This document shows, piece by piece, positions 45,136 through 55,036 of a DNA stretch of 64,000 bases (its first letter is position 1; every line of letters starts with the position of its first letter). Origin of the DNA: an uncultured bacterium (GTDB lineage Bacteria; Babelota; Babeliae; Babelales; Babelaceae); assembly GCA_963695365.1 (NCBI GenBank), contig OY968766.1:305744-369743 (forward strand). Direction: 5' to 3'. A program made the position numbers and the translations under genes. The notes under the pieces are model-generated. The model did not search any database. It worked only from the letters and a program-made list of their open reading frames with translations, and was not told the origin of the DNA.

Positions 45136-47535
45136 ATGAATTCCAAGATACCGGTACTATTTCTGATTCTTTTTCTTGCAGGCGATCTCCTTGCTGCACC
45201 AGTGCAGCGTGGAGACGATATCTTAGAACAACGAGCCGCTAAAAAAAGGAAACCAGAAGAACATATCCCTTTCTCATTTGAAAAGAAAAGTCTCGTTGAT
45301 ATTATCGAACAGGTCGCTTCTCTTAAGAAAATCAATGTCATCCTTCCCCAGCAAGCCGTCGATCTTGAGGCACTCAAAAAGCAGACGGTGAGCTATCAAC
45401 CACAAGGAAGAGAGACCGTATCGCTTGATACAGCATGGAATTTACTGTATACCTTTTTGGAATTGTCAGGATTCGCTATCAGCAAGCGGAAGGATGATCT
45501 CTACGTAGTCACGAGAGTAGGTCGACCTGACGAGCCAGGCATTAATCGCGAAGTTCTTCCGCTCTATATTAATACGCCACCCAATAAACTGCCCGATAGC
45601 GAAGAGCGAATCAGATATATGTACTATCTTCGTAATTTAACAGCACCGACAGCTCAAGATAAGGATACAAACCCTATTGCTCGCATTTTTAGAGATATGC
45701 TTTCACCGGGTGCGCCCGTTATTTTTGAAGCGAAAGCGAATGGATTTATCATTACTGATAAGTCAAATATTATCGCATCGGTTATGACCATTATTAAAGA
45801 ACTTGATAACAGCGGCTTTAAGGAAACGATCGAGGTGATTGAGCTGCACAATGTGCCTGCAAGGGATGTGGTGAAAGTGTTTGATTCCTTAAAAAAGGCA
45901 TCCGGCGACGTTAACCAGCCGCCCTTTATCCGAGGCGAAGAACATGGTGAATCACTCAGCTATTTCGCCGCGGACACAAAAATCATCGCTGATGATCGCA
46001 ACAACACACTCATACTCATGGGACGTGAAACTGCTGTAGAACGGATTGCAGATTTTGTTGAGCAGTACATGGATAACCCTCCAGAAACTGGTAAATCAAT
46101 TCTTCACTATTACGATCTTCAGTATCTTGATGCAAAACTCTTTGCCGATGTATTAACACGGATTGTCACGCCGCCCGTTCAGGCTGGGTTTCAGGGGCAA
46201 GCCGGCCCTCCCGTTGGACCAGAGAGATACTTCCAGGGGACAGTTGTCATGGCAGAGGAGGTAAAGACTGTTGAAACAAAAAGCACAACTGAGGAAATTA
46301 CGCTCGAAGCAAAGGGCGGCTATCTTCCAGTCGGGCTTGGTAATCAACAAATTATAACTGGCGGAAATCGGCTCATCGTTGCAGCCATTCATGATGATTG
46401 GGTCCGGTTAAGGGATTTTATCGAAGCGCTCGATAAGCCTCAGCCACAGGTGATTCTCGAAGTAATGATTGTAGATGTCACTCGAACAAGACAAAAGATT
46501 GTTTCAGGAACCTTCCGCACAAAAACGGACGCTCAGCTTCCTGATGGAGTTCAATTTCTCTCCTCTAATATATCAAACGTGAATAGCGTACTTGGAATCA
46601 ACCCTTCAGCGATCAATGTCGATTTGCTTGCGCTGCTCAGCGGCACACTACAGCAGGCAAACAACCCCCCGGTAACGTCTCTTTTGACACCCGGCTCAAC
46701 CATTATTTCATGGAATGATCCTCTAACACCAGGAATTTTCGGTCTTTTACAGCTTCTTGATTCAATTGTTGATAGCAAAGTCTTATCTCACCCATTTCTT
46801 GTTACCACCAATAACCAAAAGGCTACAATCGCATCACAAACGATTCAGCGTGTACAGGGAGACGCGGTTCCAGGAGCAGCAGGGGTTATTACCATTGAAA
46901 TCGTCGATCTTCCTGCAACACTTCAAGTACAAATGATCCCGCGAATTAGCTCTCCTACGCGACTACAGCTACAAATAGCAGTTGATGTTAACATGTTTAT
47001 TAATCCAACAAGTCAAACTCGAACAACGAGGCGAGTTAACACAAATGCCAATATGTCGAGTGGAGAAATACTCGTTATTGGTGGACTCACTCAAACAACT
47101 GAAACTGACGTCATAACCGGGACACCATTTCTTTCACGTATACCGCTGATCGGCAACTTCTTTAGCGGCAAGAATAAAATCTACGAGAAAACTAATATAG
47201 CCATTTTTATATCTCCCACCATTGTACAACCAAAGCTGAGGGGCGGTATGAATGTCTATACTGCAGATAAGATTCGCAGGGTGAGGCGAGATGTTAGTGA
47301 AGAAGCAGCGTTTAGCGATACGCGCGATCCAGTGACACGAATATTTTTCAATATTGATGGCAAAACAGATAAACTGATGAGAGATTATCTTTCGGAGGTG
47401 GATAATCCACCTGATGCTGAAATTATAAACAAAATGTATGCTCGACGCCAAGCAGCACGACGAGCACGCCAACCAAAACCAAAGCAGGAAGTAATTAAGC
47501 CAACAGCGGGGCCGGTAAAACCAGTGCCGGCATGA
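45136..47535 (+). CDS. secretin paralog 2
   Basis: Signal peptide, N0-like SLDTAWNLLYTFLELSGFAI, N-domains (VIELHNVPARDVVKVFDSLKK, YYDLQYLDAKLFADVLTRIV), and the secretin domain LVIGGLTQTTETDVITGTPFLSRIPLIGNFFSGKNK...IAIFISPTIV. TAGGAG precedes the ATG. Confidence 0.87.
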   Translation: MNSKIPVLFLILFLAGDLLAAPVQRGDDILEQRAAKKRKPEEHIPFSFEKKSLVDIIEQVASLKKINVILPQQAVDLEALKKQTVSYQPQGRETVSLDTAWNLLYTFLELSGFAISKRKDDLYVVTRVGRPDEPGINREVLPLYINTPPNKLPDSEERIRYMYYLRNLTAPTAQDKDTNPIARIFRDMLSPGAPVIFEAKANGFIITDKSNIIASVMTIIKELDNSGFKETIEVIELHNVPARDVVKVFDSLKKASGDVNQPPFIRGEEHGESLSYFAADTKIIADDRNNTLILMGRETAVERIADFVEQYMDNPPETGKSILHYYDLQYLDAKLFADVLTRIVTPPVQAGFQGQAGPPVGPERYFQGTVVMAEEVKTVETKSTTEEITLEAKGGYLPVGLGNQQIITGGNRLIVAAIHDDWVRLRDFIEALDKPQPQVILEVMIVDVTRTRQKIVSGTFRTKTDAQLPDGVQFLSSNISNVNSVLGINPSAINVDLLALLSGTLQQANNPPVTSLLTPGSTIISWNDPLTPGIFGLLQLLDSIVDSKVLSHPFLVTTNNQKATIASQTIQRVQGDAVPGAAGVITIEIVDLPATLQVQMIPRISSPTRLQLQIAVDVNMFINPTSQTRTTRRVNTNANMSSGEILVIGGLTQTTETDVITGTPFLSRIPLIGNFFSGKNKIYEKTNIAIFISPTIVQPKLRGGMNVYTADKIRRVRRDVSEEAAFSDTRDPVTRIFFNIDGKTDKLMRDYLSEVDNPPDAEIINKMYARRQAARRARQPKPKQEVIKPTAGPVKPVPA

Positions 47536-47539
47536 TGAT

Positions 47540-50026
47540 ATGAACATAAAAAAAGAGTATATAAAGCAAGCGATTCTCGTTCTCGCATGGATTGGCATGA
47601 CAGAAGTCATCCCCGCCATCCCGCTGATGGTGCCATTCTTGTTAAACAGAGCTTCGCTCTATGATACCGCGCAAGATCTAGCTAAAGACAGAGACATTCT
47701 CCTCATCCCACCTCAAGGCGCGGCTGACCTTGAAGCACTCAAGGCACAGCGAGTAAGCTATACGCCATCGATCGGGGATAGGATCCCATTACCGCAGGCA
47801 TGGGAACTTACCAAAACATTTTTGGAGATGTCAGGCTTTAGTCTCGTTCAAAAAAATGAGCGTACCTTTGCTATCGTGCGTGAGAGCTCAATCGAAGGAG
47901 GAGCTGCTCATAGAGACATTTTGCCTCTCTATATAGATCCAAGGCCCGAGGATCTGCCTCGTAGTGATAGCCGCGTGAGAGCACTCATCTATCTTCGAAA
48001 TATAAAAGTGCCAACGCTTGCAGAAAAAGAGCGCCATCCATTGACGAACCTGATAAAAGAACTCGGATCAAAATATGTGAACTTTATATTTGAGCCTCGC
48101 TCTAACGGGATTCTTATAACTGACTTAGCACCTCATGCAGCATCCATTATTCATATTATAGATGCCTTCGATAAGCGAGGAGGCGCTCAGGAGATCGCCT
48201 ACATTCCTTTGGCTTACGTAAAGGCAACCGATATTGCAAATATTTTTGATTCTTTAAAAAAAGCCTCTGCCCCTGCTGAAGGTGCAGGGCAAGTTGAAAG
48301 TTCCGCAGCCCCTTTTGGCAGTGATACGACTGTTATAGCCGATACGATGCGTAATGGGATTATTCTCATGGGATATAGCGACCATCTCGAAAAAATAACT
48401 GATTTTATTACAGAATCGCTCGATGTTCCTCAGGAAAACGGTAAATCGATCCTCCACTCGTATGATCTTGAGTATCTGGATGCTGCAACATTTGCACCCG
48501 CACTCCAAAAAATTGTCGGCTCACTCCTTGTAAGCGGTCAGGCCACCCAGGCACCGGTAAGGAGGGGACAGGAACACTTCTTTAAAGGCGTACAAGTGGT
48601 AGCGGAAGGTTCGGTTGAAATAAAAATAAAACAGGACCCTGAGTGGCCAGTATACGATCAAAAGGGATATCCTGAGGCTGTAGGTATAGAGGGAGCTACA
48701 TTTCGTGGCAGTAACCGCATTATTGTCGCAGCCCGCCAGGACGATTGGCGCATAATTGAACAGTTTATTAAAAAGATCGATAAGCCGAATTTACAGGTTA
48801 TTCTCGAAATTATGATCGTCAATTTTGCATATGATCATACCACAACGCTTGCCACCACAGTGAGAAGCAAAACGGATAGCGCCATACTTTCCCCAGGCGT
48901 GCAGTTTCTTTCATCGCAAATATCTTCCGTTAATTCGGTTCTGGGCAACACACCTACGCAACTGGCAGAAGATCTCTTGCAAATGGTCGGGCCCGGAAGC
49001 CTCACAACAACCCTGAGCCCCGGCCCACTCATTATCTCGCTCAATGACCCAACAACACCCGGCATTTTTGGACTTATTCAAATTCTGGAAACCATTATGA
49101 AAACGCAAATATTTTCATATCCATATCTTATGATCTCAAATAATCAAAAGGGCACGGTGGAGTCTGAAGAAATCCGCAGACCTATGGGTGATTTAGTAAC
49201 GACCCAAAATGGCACCTACACGATTCCAGTGATCGATTTGCCGGCCGCCACGAGGATCACAGCCGTTCCCCATATTGTTTCTCCAGAACGAGTACGACTT
49301 GACATCGGATTTACCATGGATACCTTCGTTGGCACATCGTTTACGCGACTCACACAAAGCCTTAATACAACAGCCACGCTTGCATCGGGACAGATACTTG
49401 TCATGGGAGGGCTCGCTCGTATAGATCGTAATGATACAATAACACAAACTCCTTTCCTTGGGAGCATTCCGATTTTAGGAGCATTTTTTCGAGGGAGAAC
49501 AGAAGAAACAACGCGCACCAATTTAATAATATTTGTCTCGCCGACCATCATACGACCCCGCCATAAAAATGAATTAGCAACGGACAAAACACGAGATCTG
49601 GTTTGTCGCGTACAAGAAGGCAACATCATTCCACTAGAAAGTGATAGGGATCCGGTCTTTCGTCTTTTTTTAAAATCGCCCCCAGATTCAACCTTTAATA
49701 CGTATTTCCCAGAATCGGACAATCTACCAGAGTTACGAGATACTACCTGTATAGTGCTACCAGAGCAAAAGATTCATGATCTGAAAAATACTCGCAGATC
49801 AGCCTCACAACGGAGTGATTTTTTTAATCCATTTGGGCAGGTGCCACCATCCGGCCAAGGGGTCACTCAGCGCGTCCTGCCAGATTTTCCAAAACTCTTT
49901 CTTGCTTCAACCCGCGAGATTATCAATAAAAATGCGGCAATTCCCTCGTGGGCCAAGCCGCAAAAATCGATCGACCGTCTTAAAGAACTTCTTGCTACGT
50001 GCGATAAGCCATTTATTCGAGTATAA
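47540..50026 (+). CDS. secretin paralog 3
   Basis: N0-like PLPQAWELTKTFLEMSGFSL, N-domains (YIPLAYVKATDIANIFDSLKK, SYDLEYLDAATFAPALQKIV), and the secretin domain LVMGGLARIDRNDTITQTPFLGSIPILGAFFRGRTE...LIIFVSPTII. Starts 4 nt after paralog 2. Confidence 0.87.
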   Translation: MNIKKEYIKQAILVLAWIGMTEVIPAIPLMVPFLLNRASLYDTAQDLAKDRDILLIPPQGAADLEALKAQRVSYTPSIGDRIPLPQAWELTKTFLEMSGFSLVQKNERTFAIVRESSIEGGAAHRDILPLYIDPRPEDLPRSDSRVRALIYLRNIKVPTLAEKERHPLTNLIKELGSKYVNFIFEPRSNGILITDLAPHAASIIHIIDAFDKRGGAQEIAYIPLAYVKATDIANIFDSLKKASAPAEGAGQVESSAAPFGSDTTVIADTMRNGIILMGYSDHLEKITDFITESLDVPQENGKSILHSYDLEYLDAATFAPALQKIVGSLLVSGQATQAPVRRGQEHFFKGVQVVAEGSVEIKIKQDPEWPVYDQKGYPEAVGIEGATFRGSNRIIVAARQDDWRIIEQFIKKIDKPNLQVILEIMIVNFAYDHTTTLATTVRSKTDSAILSPGVQFLSSQISSVNSVLGNTPTQLAEDLLQMVGPGSLTTTLSPGPLIISLNDPTTPGIFGLIQILETIMKTQIFSYPYLMISNNQKGTVESEEIRRPMGDLVTTQNGTYTIPVIDLPAATRITAVPHIVSPERVRLDIGFTMDTFVGTSFTRLTQSLNTTATLASGQILVMGGLARIDRNDTITQTPFLGSIPILGAFFRGRTEETTRTNLIIFVSPTIIRPRHKNELATDKTRDLVCRVQEGNIIPLESDRDPVFRLFLKSPPDSTFNTYFPESDNLPELRDTTCIVLPEQKIHDLKNTRRSASQRSDFFNPFGQVPPSGQGVTQRVLPDFPKLFLASTREIINKNAAIPSWAKPQKSIDRLKELLATCDKPFIRV

Positions 50027-50101
50027 GACGCTTGCTATTGCATTAAAACAAAGCAATCATGAGCAGCTCTACGTAAGTTCTTTAAAAACGTTTTTGGCTA
50101 A

Positions 50102-51538
50102 CTAAAGAACAAGTTTTGCTGCGAGAATACCTAATGGTACCTTTATTGCTTCATGACGATCAGGAGCTATACCATTGTTGCTCAAGTCAACCCTTTCCAA
50201 TGCTGGCCGGTTTTTATTCATCAGCTCTCTTATTTTTTGGATTGAAAGATCACCGCTTATCGCATTCCCCGGCATCAAAAGGAGTTTAAGAAAAGCTGCT
50301 TTGTTGATTAACGCATCAAAAAACTTATGTAGCAATTCCTTATCAGTGTCTGGATCATCGTTATCCTTGACGTGCATTTGAGAAAGATCTATTTCTTGAA
50401 GATGGTCTTGCTCAAGCAATCCCCTAGGAAATGTACAAAGCATTTTTAAAATGCATGTTTTTAAAGTATCAGAAGCTGTTGAGCGCTCACAACTAGCCAC
50501 CACTTTATTGCTTACCTGATCGTACGTATAAGTAACAGTCCCGTGAGTCAATGTACCTCGTATAGATTTACGAAATGCGGTAAGCCCATAGCCTAAGGAC
50601 CCTTTTGCATAACAGCGCAATGCTGCGCCATCAAAACCAAAATAGAGTGGATAGTATTGAGATCCAGCTTCTTCTAGTAACAAATCATCTATCCGTTTTA
50701 CAATCACCCCATTTGGATGAAGAAAATCAGGATTCACCCCCGAACTTAAAATAGCGCCTCGCACCTGTAATAGGTGCAACCATACATCATCATTACTACC
50801 GTGGGTAGCCGCGCCATGATGACCTGCATGCAGCATACATCCATAATTCAGAAGATTGTGTTCGGGTGGTAAGTGTGCTGGTATATAGTCAGTTGTCGCT
50901 TTCTCAGCATCCCCCATAATTGCCATTTTCATCTGCCCATCTTGAACAAAAACAACTAAACTTGATTTATTCTTATCGGCTTCAACTGCACCTTGCAAGG
51001 CTGGCCCTATCCAATAATTAATCGGCCCATTATTACATATCTCTGTCACCGCATGTTTATCACCTAGCAACGTTACGAAATTAATGGGACTCGGACTCCC
51101 ATCATCCGGTTCTATGTTATTTAGAAACGATTGGAACCCCCTTGCGATATACAAATCTCTGGCGCTTCCAAGGAACATTTTTGAGACATAGATTCCGTTA
51201 TCTAATTTTGTACAAGCAGCTATGATTTTTGGCAACCATCGATAATGATCAACATCGGCATGACTCGCAACGAGTGTTATTTCTTTCTTATTTATAAGCT
51301 TAAGATAAGCATTAATCTTTTCACTGATACGTTTGATCTGCTCCTCTTTGAATTTAGCAGATCTAAACTTCTTGTAAGCTGTTGATCCTGCATCTACCAG
51401 AAGAGGAGGAACCTTTAAAGCATAATTGTGACAGAGAATGAGAGTGCAATTACCTTGTCCAACGTCATAACAGATTATCTCCAGTTGAGCTAAAGCTAAA
51501 CTTGGGTATAATAGCAAGAGCAACATTTTGAGAATCAT
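50102..51538 (-). CDS. secreted ComEC-type metallo-beta-lactamase-fold protein with C-terminal LRR-like region
   Basis: Start trimmed to ATG 51538 (AAGGAG 7 nt upstream, inside the end of the upstream gene). Signal peptide MILKMLLLLLYPSLALA. YDVGQGNCTLI...LLVDAGS...LVASHADVDHYRWL...HAGHHGA is the ComEC-like MBL pattern. The C-terminus LERVDLSNNGIAPDRHEAI is LRR-like. Confidence 0.72.
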   Translation of the reverse strand: MILKMLLLLLYPSLALAQLEIICYDVGQGNCTLILCHNYALKVPPLLVDAGSTAYKKFRSAKFKEEQIKRISEKINAYLKLINKKEITLVASHADVDHYRWLPKIIAACTKLDNGIYVSKMFLGSARDLYIARGFQSFLNNIEPDDGSPSPINFVTLLGDKHAVTEICNNGPINYWIGPALQGAVEADKNKSSLVVFVQDGQMKMAIMGDAEKATTDYIPAHLPPEHNLLNYGCMLHAGHHGAATHGSNDDVWLHLLQVRGAILSSGVNPDFLHPNGVIVKRIDDLLLEEAGSQYYPLYFGFDGAALRCYAKGSLGYGLTAFRKSIRGTLTHGTVTYTYDQVSNKVVASCERSTASDTLKTCILKMLCTFPRGLLEQDHLQEIDLSQMHVKDNDDPDTDKELLHKFFDALINKAAFLKLLLMPGNAISGDLSIQKIRELMNKNRPALERVDLSNNGIAPDRHEAIKVPLGILAAKLVL

Positions 51539-51542
51539 TGAC

Positions 51543-53339
51543 CTACTCCTTTTTATCAAGACTTGTTCCCGTAAGTATTTTTGCTAACACAAATTGATAC
51601 ATATCCTTAATATAATCTCTGAGTTTCTTTTTTGCTTCTTCGGCCTCTTCGAACGTTGCAGCAAATTCTATTCTTTTTTCAATACCACGAAGACCACCTC
51701 GATTAAAGCACCGTATTGCACTCCCTCTGTCGCCTTGGGCAAGGAACAACTCGCCTAATTTAACAAAGCCAGTAGGATCACCTGCTAATCCCCAAGCTTG
51801 ATAAATCTTTTTTAGGCCGCTTGATTCTCCACTGCTTGAGCTCAATTGAGCGAGTTTTTCATAAGCAGAAAGAACATGGTGGAGAGCTGCAAGGCGGTAC
51901 ATTTCTTGTGCCTGGCTAGGATTACTTTCTTCTAACAATAATCCTACAGTAAAATAACTACCTGAGATGCCTGCTTGTGCACACCTGAGATGTAATGCAA
52001 CTCGTTGTGCTATATCATCAATGAATGATTCTCCTGCTAGCTGAGCTAAATAAGGATCGAGCTCCTGCAACCTTTGAATTATCTCTTTCTTTGCCTCAGT
52101 ATTTCTTGTGCAAAGTGCATGTCGATAACCACACCAGGCATGTTTCTGTTCCTCAAAACCTTTTTTAAACCATTGATTTGCTTGCTTGGTATTGCCAAGA
52201 CACAAACAAAGCAATCCAGTATGATACAGCGGACTATTTGGCAAACCTAGGTCAGAAGACAGAATCTCGCTCGCTTTTTGAAGCTCCGGCCTACCCATCA
52301 GGGGAGACTCTTCTTCAAGGGAATACAATTTAAGCAATTCAATGGCATAATGCATGGAGAGCTTATTGCCAAAAGAAGCGGAAATACAAATAAGATACTG
52401 CAATGTTTCTGAGCTCAGAATTTCATAATTGTTTTCATATTGAACAGGAAGGAATAAATAGCCCATAAATGCTTGATAAAATGTCTGCCCTGGCCATCGT
52501 ATATACGTTATATTAGTCCAAACGTTTAACGCTCTTTCAATCTTAGATTTATAGGTATCAAAACAATCTGTGATATTGCTTAACGATAGGCTATCAAAGT
52601 GAGAATAAGAAAGATATTCCCTCACATATCTGACAAGATTTTCAAATCCTTCATTTGTTTTTGTTAGACAAAACCGTTGAATTGTATAGGGCAGCCATAC
52701 ATCAAGTCGTCTAAAGTGGCTCTCTAAGAGATCATGACTCATTATGTCATTTTGGTCGGTAGTAATGTAAGGAGTTTCACTGTGACTGTCTGACGCCAAG
52801 GCAGTTCCGCTTTTATGCATTTTAAGCTCAAATACCGTTGCCATGAGTTCTTTTTCTTCATCTGTGAATGGTGCCTCTTCAACGTGAGGCAAGTCCTTAA
52901 GCTCAACTCTTTGATCATAACCTCTTTCAAAAAGCGTAAGCACCTCCCAAACGACCGGTCCATGTGTATAGTGAATAACATTTTCCGTAAACATCGAGCG
53001 TTTATTCAAGGCAAGTGAATAGCCCTGAATATAATATAATAATTTCTGAAGTTTCATGCGATCAATAAACGTATGTGTTCTCGTTTCCTGTGCATCAAGT
53101 TTGAGTAAATAAACAGCAACTTGGGCTGCCTGATACTGTGCCTCATCTTCATTTTTCGTCTTTTTGAGAACCGGTGATAAGGGAACAAGCCCTTGATCGC
53201 TTTCCTCGCTTGACCTTCGCTCTCGCTTCCCTTCTTTAAAAAGATCAGAAGAGCTCCTCGAGAGGCTTTCCATAGCACAAAGATATGGCGAGCCCATCAA
53301 TAAAAAGGCTAGAAAAAAATAATGCGCATTTTTCGTCAT
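51543..53339 (-). CDS. secreted protein with Panacea (DUF4065, SocA/GepA-like) domain fused to Sel1/TPR-like repeats
   Basis: Start trimmed to ATG 53339 (AAGGAG upstream), giving the signal peptide MTKNAHYFFLAFLLMGSPYLCA. DRMKLQKLLYYIQGYSLALNKRSMFTENVIHYTHGPVVWEV is the DUF4065 signature. The C-terminal half contains Sel1-like repeats (GDPTGFVKLGELFLAQGDRGSAIRCFNRGG). Confidence 0.7.
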   Translation of the reverse strand: MTKNAHYFFLAFLLMGSPYLCAMESLSRSSSDLFKEGKRERRSSEESDQGLVPLSPVLKKTKNEDEAQYQAAQVAVYLLKLDAQETRTHTFIDRMKLQKLLYYIQGYSLALNKRSMFTENVIHYTHGPVVWEVLTLFERGYDQRVELKDLPHVEEAPFTDEEKELMATVFELKMHKSGTALASDSHSETPYITTDQNDIMSHDLLESHFRRLDVWLPYTIQRFCLTKTNEGFENLVRYVREYLSYSHFDSLSLSNITDCFDTYKSKIERALNVWTNITYIRWPGQTFYQAFMGYLFLPVQYENNYEILSSETLQYLICISASFGNKLSMHYAIELLKLYSLEEESPLMGRPELQKASEILSSDLGLPNSPLYHTGLLCLCLGNTKQANQWFKKGFEEQKHAWCGYRHALCTRNTEAKKEIIQRLQELDPYLAQLAGESFIDDIAQRVALHLRCAQAGISGSYFTVGLLLEESNPSQAQEMYRLAALHHVLSAYEKLAQLSSSSGESSGLKKIYQAWGLAGDPTGFVKLGELFLAQGDRGSAIRCFNRGGLRGIEKRIEFAATFEEAEEAKKKLRDYIKDMYQFVLAKILTGTSLDKKE

Positions 53340-53449
53340 AGCTACTCCTTGCATTCTCATGTATAATGTCACGCCTGGATTTGGCATTAGAATAGCAATA
53401 TTTCGTTTTCAGCACAAATTGTAAAGAAGTAGAATAATTGTAGAATAAT

Positions 53450-54709
53450 TTACGAAGCATCAAACTGGGAAAATGTCAGCGTATCTTCAATAGCAAGAAG
53501 CCGATTGTATTTTGCAACACGCTCAGAGCGGCAGCAGCTGCCTGCTTTGAGTTGACCAGAGCTGGTACCCACGGCAAGATCGGCAATAAACGTATCTTCT
53601 GTTTCATGAGATCGATGTGAAACGATGGTATGCAGCCCACGCTCTTTGCAGAGCATAATAGCTTGGATAGTCTGTGTAACAGTCCCTACTTGATTGGGCT
53701 TAATAATGACAGAGGTGACAGCACGCTCTTCACTTGCTGTAATAATGCGATCAGCATTTGTAGCAAGCAGATCATCACCTACAATTTGAATCTTCTGATC
53801 GAACACTCGAGTCATTGTTTGCCAGCCTTCCCAATCGTCTTGACTCAGGCCATCCTCGATAGAATAAATAGGATACTGGGAAACTAATTCTTCATAGTAC
53901 GCGATAAGTTCATCGCTGTTGAGCGTTTTATCATGCCAGTGATAGAGCCCGGTCGCTTCATCATAAAATTGAGAAGCCGCAACATCAAGTGCCATAACAC
54001 AACTTAATGCGTGCCGGCTATTAACCTGTTCAATTGCTTCAAGCATAAGATCCAGTGCCTCGCGTTCACTCTTAAAGCTGCAGGCATACCCACCTTCAGG
54101 CCCTACTGCAGTTGATCTGCCCTTTTTTTTAAGGAGCTCTCCCAATTCGTGAAATGTCATAACCGCCACTTCAAATGCAGATCGAAATGTTTGCGTCCCT
54201 ATCGGCATCAGGAGAAATTCTTGAATGCGAAGTCCATTTGATACATGGGCACCCCCATTAATAACATTTAAAAGAGGAAACGGTATGCTTACTGTCTGTG
54301 CATCTGTCAGCGCTGCAATAAACTCATAGAGCTCTATGCCTTCACAGTAAGCCTCAGCCCGATAGAGCGCCATACTTACCGCCAACAGCGCATTGGAACC
54401 AAGGCGTGAAGCATCTTCGGTTCCATCGAGTTCGACCATTTTAAGATCCATCTCAATTGCATTTGGCTCCTCCCCGATAAAATGAGGAGCAATTATCTGC
54501 TCAATGTTCTGAACCGCCTTTCGAACCCCGCGGCCTTGGAAACGGCTTCCACCATCATACATCTCGAGAGCCTCATATGAACCAACGGAAATACCCGAAG
54601 GAACCGATGCTTTCACTGATTCTCCGTTTTCAAGGAAAATCTCACACTGCACCGTTGGCCAGCCTTCGGAATCAAAAATTTCCCGTGCTATAATTCGCTC
54701 AATTTTCAT
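53450..54709 (-). CDS. eno: enolase (phosphopyruvate hydratase)
   Basis: MKIERIIAREIFDSEGWPTV...SHRSHETEDTFIADLAV. Start trimmed to ATG 54709 (GAGGGAG upstream). Confidence 0.97.
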   Translation of the reverse strand: MKIERIIAREIFDSEGWPTVQCEIFLENGESVKASVPSGISVGSYEALEMYDGGSRFQGRGVRKAVQNIEQIIAPHFIGEEPNAIEMDLKMVELDGTEDASRLGSNALLAVSMALYRAEAYCEGIELYEFIAALTDAQTVSIPFPLLNVINGGAHVSNGLRIQEFLLMPIGTQTFRSAFEVAVMTFHELGELLKKKGRSTAVGPEGGYACSFKSEREALDLMLEAIEQVNSRHALSCVMALDVAASQFYDEATGLYHWHDKTLNSDELIAYYEELVSQYPIYSIEDGLSQDDWEGWQTMTRVFDQKIQIVGDDLLATNADRIITASEERAVTSVIIKPNQVGTVTQTIQAIMLCKERGLHTIVSHRSHETEDTFIADLAVGTSSGQLKAGSCCRSERVAKYNRLLAIEDTLTFSQFDAS

Positions 54710-54815
54710 GAAGCTCCCTCGTGGTTTACAAAAAAATGACAAACTCTTGACTCAAGAACCTTCAATCGTCAAAACTAGTATAGAATATATTTACCTCCAA
54801 AGTGAAGGATTTGCT

Positions 54816-55019
54816 ATGATGCTTGACAACTCTTCGTACAATAAAGTAAAAATGCTCTACAAGCTGAGTGAACTAACCTGGTTTATAGAAAAACATGCGA
54901 TTGTGGATGCTCAGAATGCCGGTGATACTGCATGCGCAGAAACTATGATGGCTCTTCAGCGCGATCTTCAAAAGCATATAGAAAAGTTGCAACGCTCAGT
55001 GTGCATGATCACTCAGTGA
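54816..55019 (+). CDS. small hypothetical protein (67 aa)
   Basis: ATG 54816 is preceded by GAAGGA (54805-54810). Predicted helical. No family recognised. Confidence 0.45.
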   Translation: MMLDNSSYNKVKMLYKLSELTWFIEKHAIVDAQNAGDTACAETMMALQRDLQKHIEKLQRSVCMITQ

Positions 55020-55036
55020 GCCTTGCATCATCGATA

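Noticed and set aside
40095-49722. Numerous antisense or out-of-frame ORFs inside the secretin cluster (for example 43199-43639, 47134-47619, 49216-49722, 40739-41038)
   Set aside because: All are nested in long ORFs with strong family signatures. They have no SD and aberrant composition.
50084-50095. Palindrome AAAAACGTTTTT between the convergent secretin 3 and MBL genes, as a bidirectional terminator
   Set aside because: The stem would be almost pure A-T with no loop, so no stable hairpin is expected.
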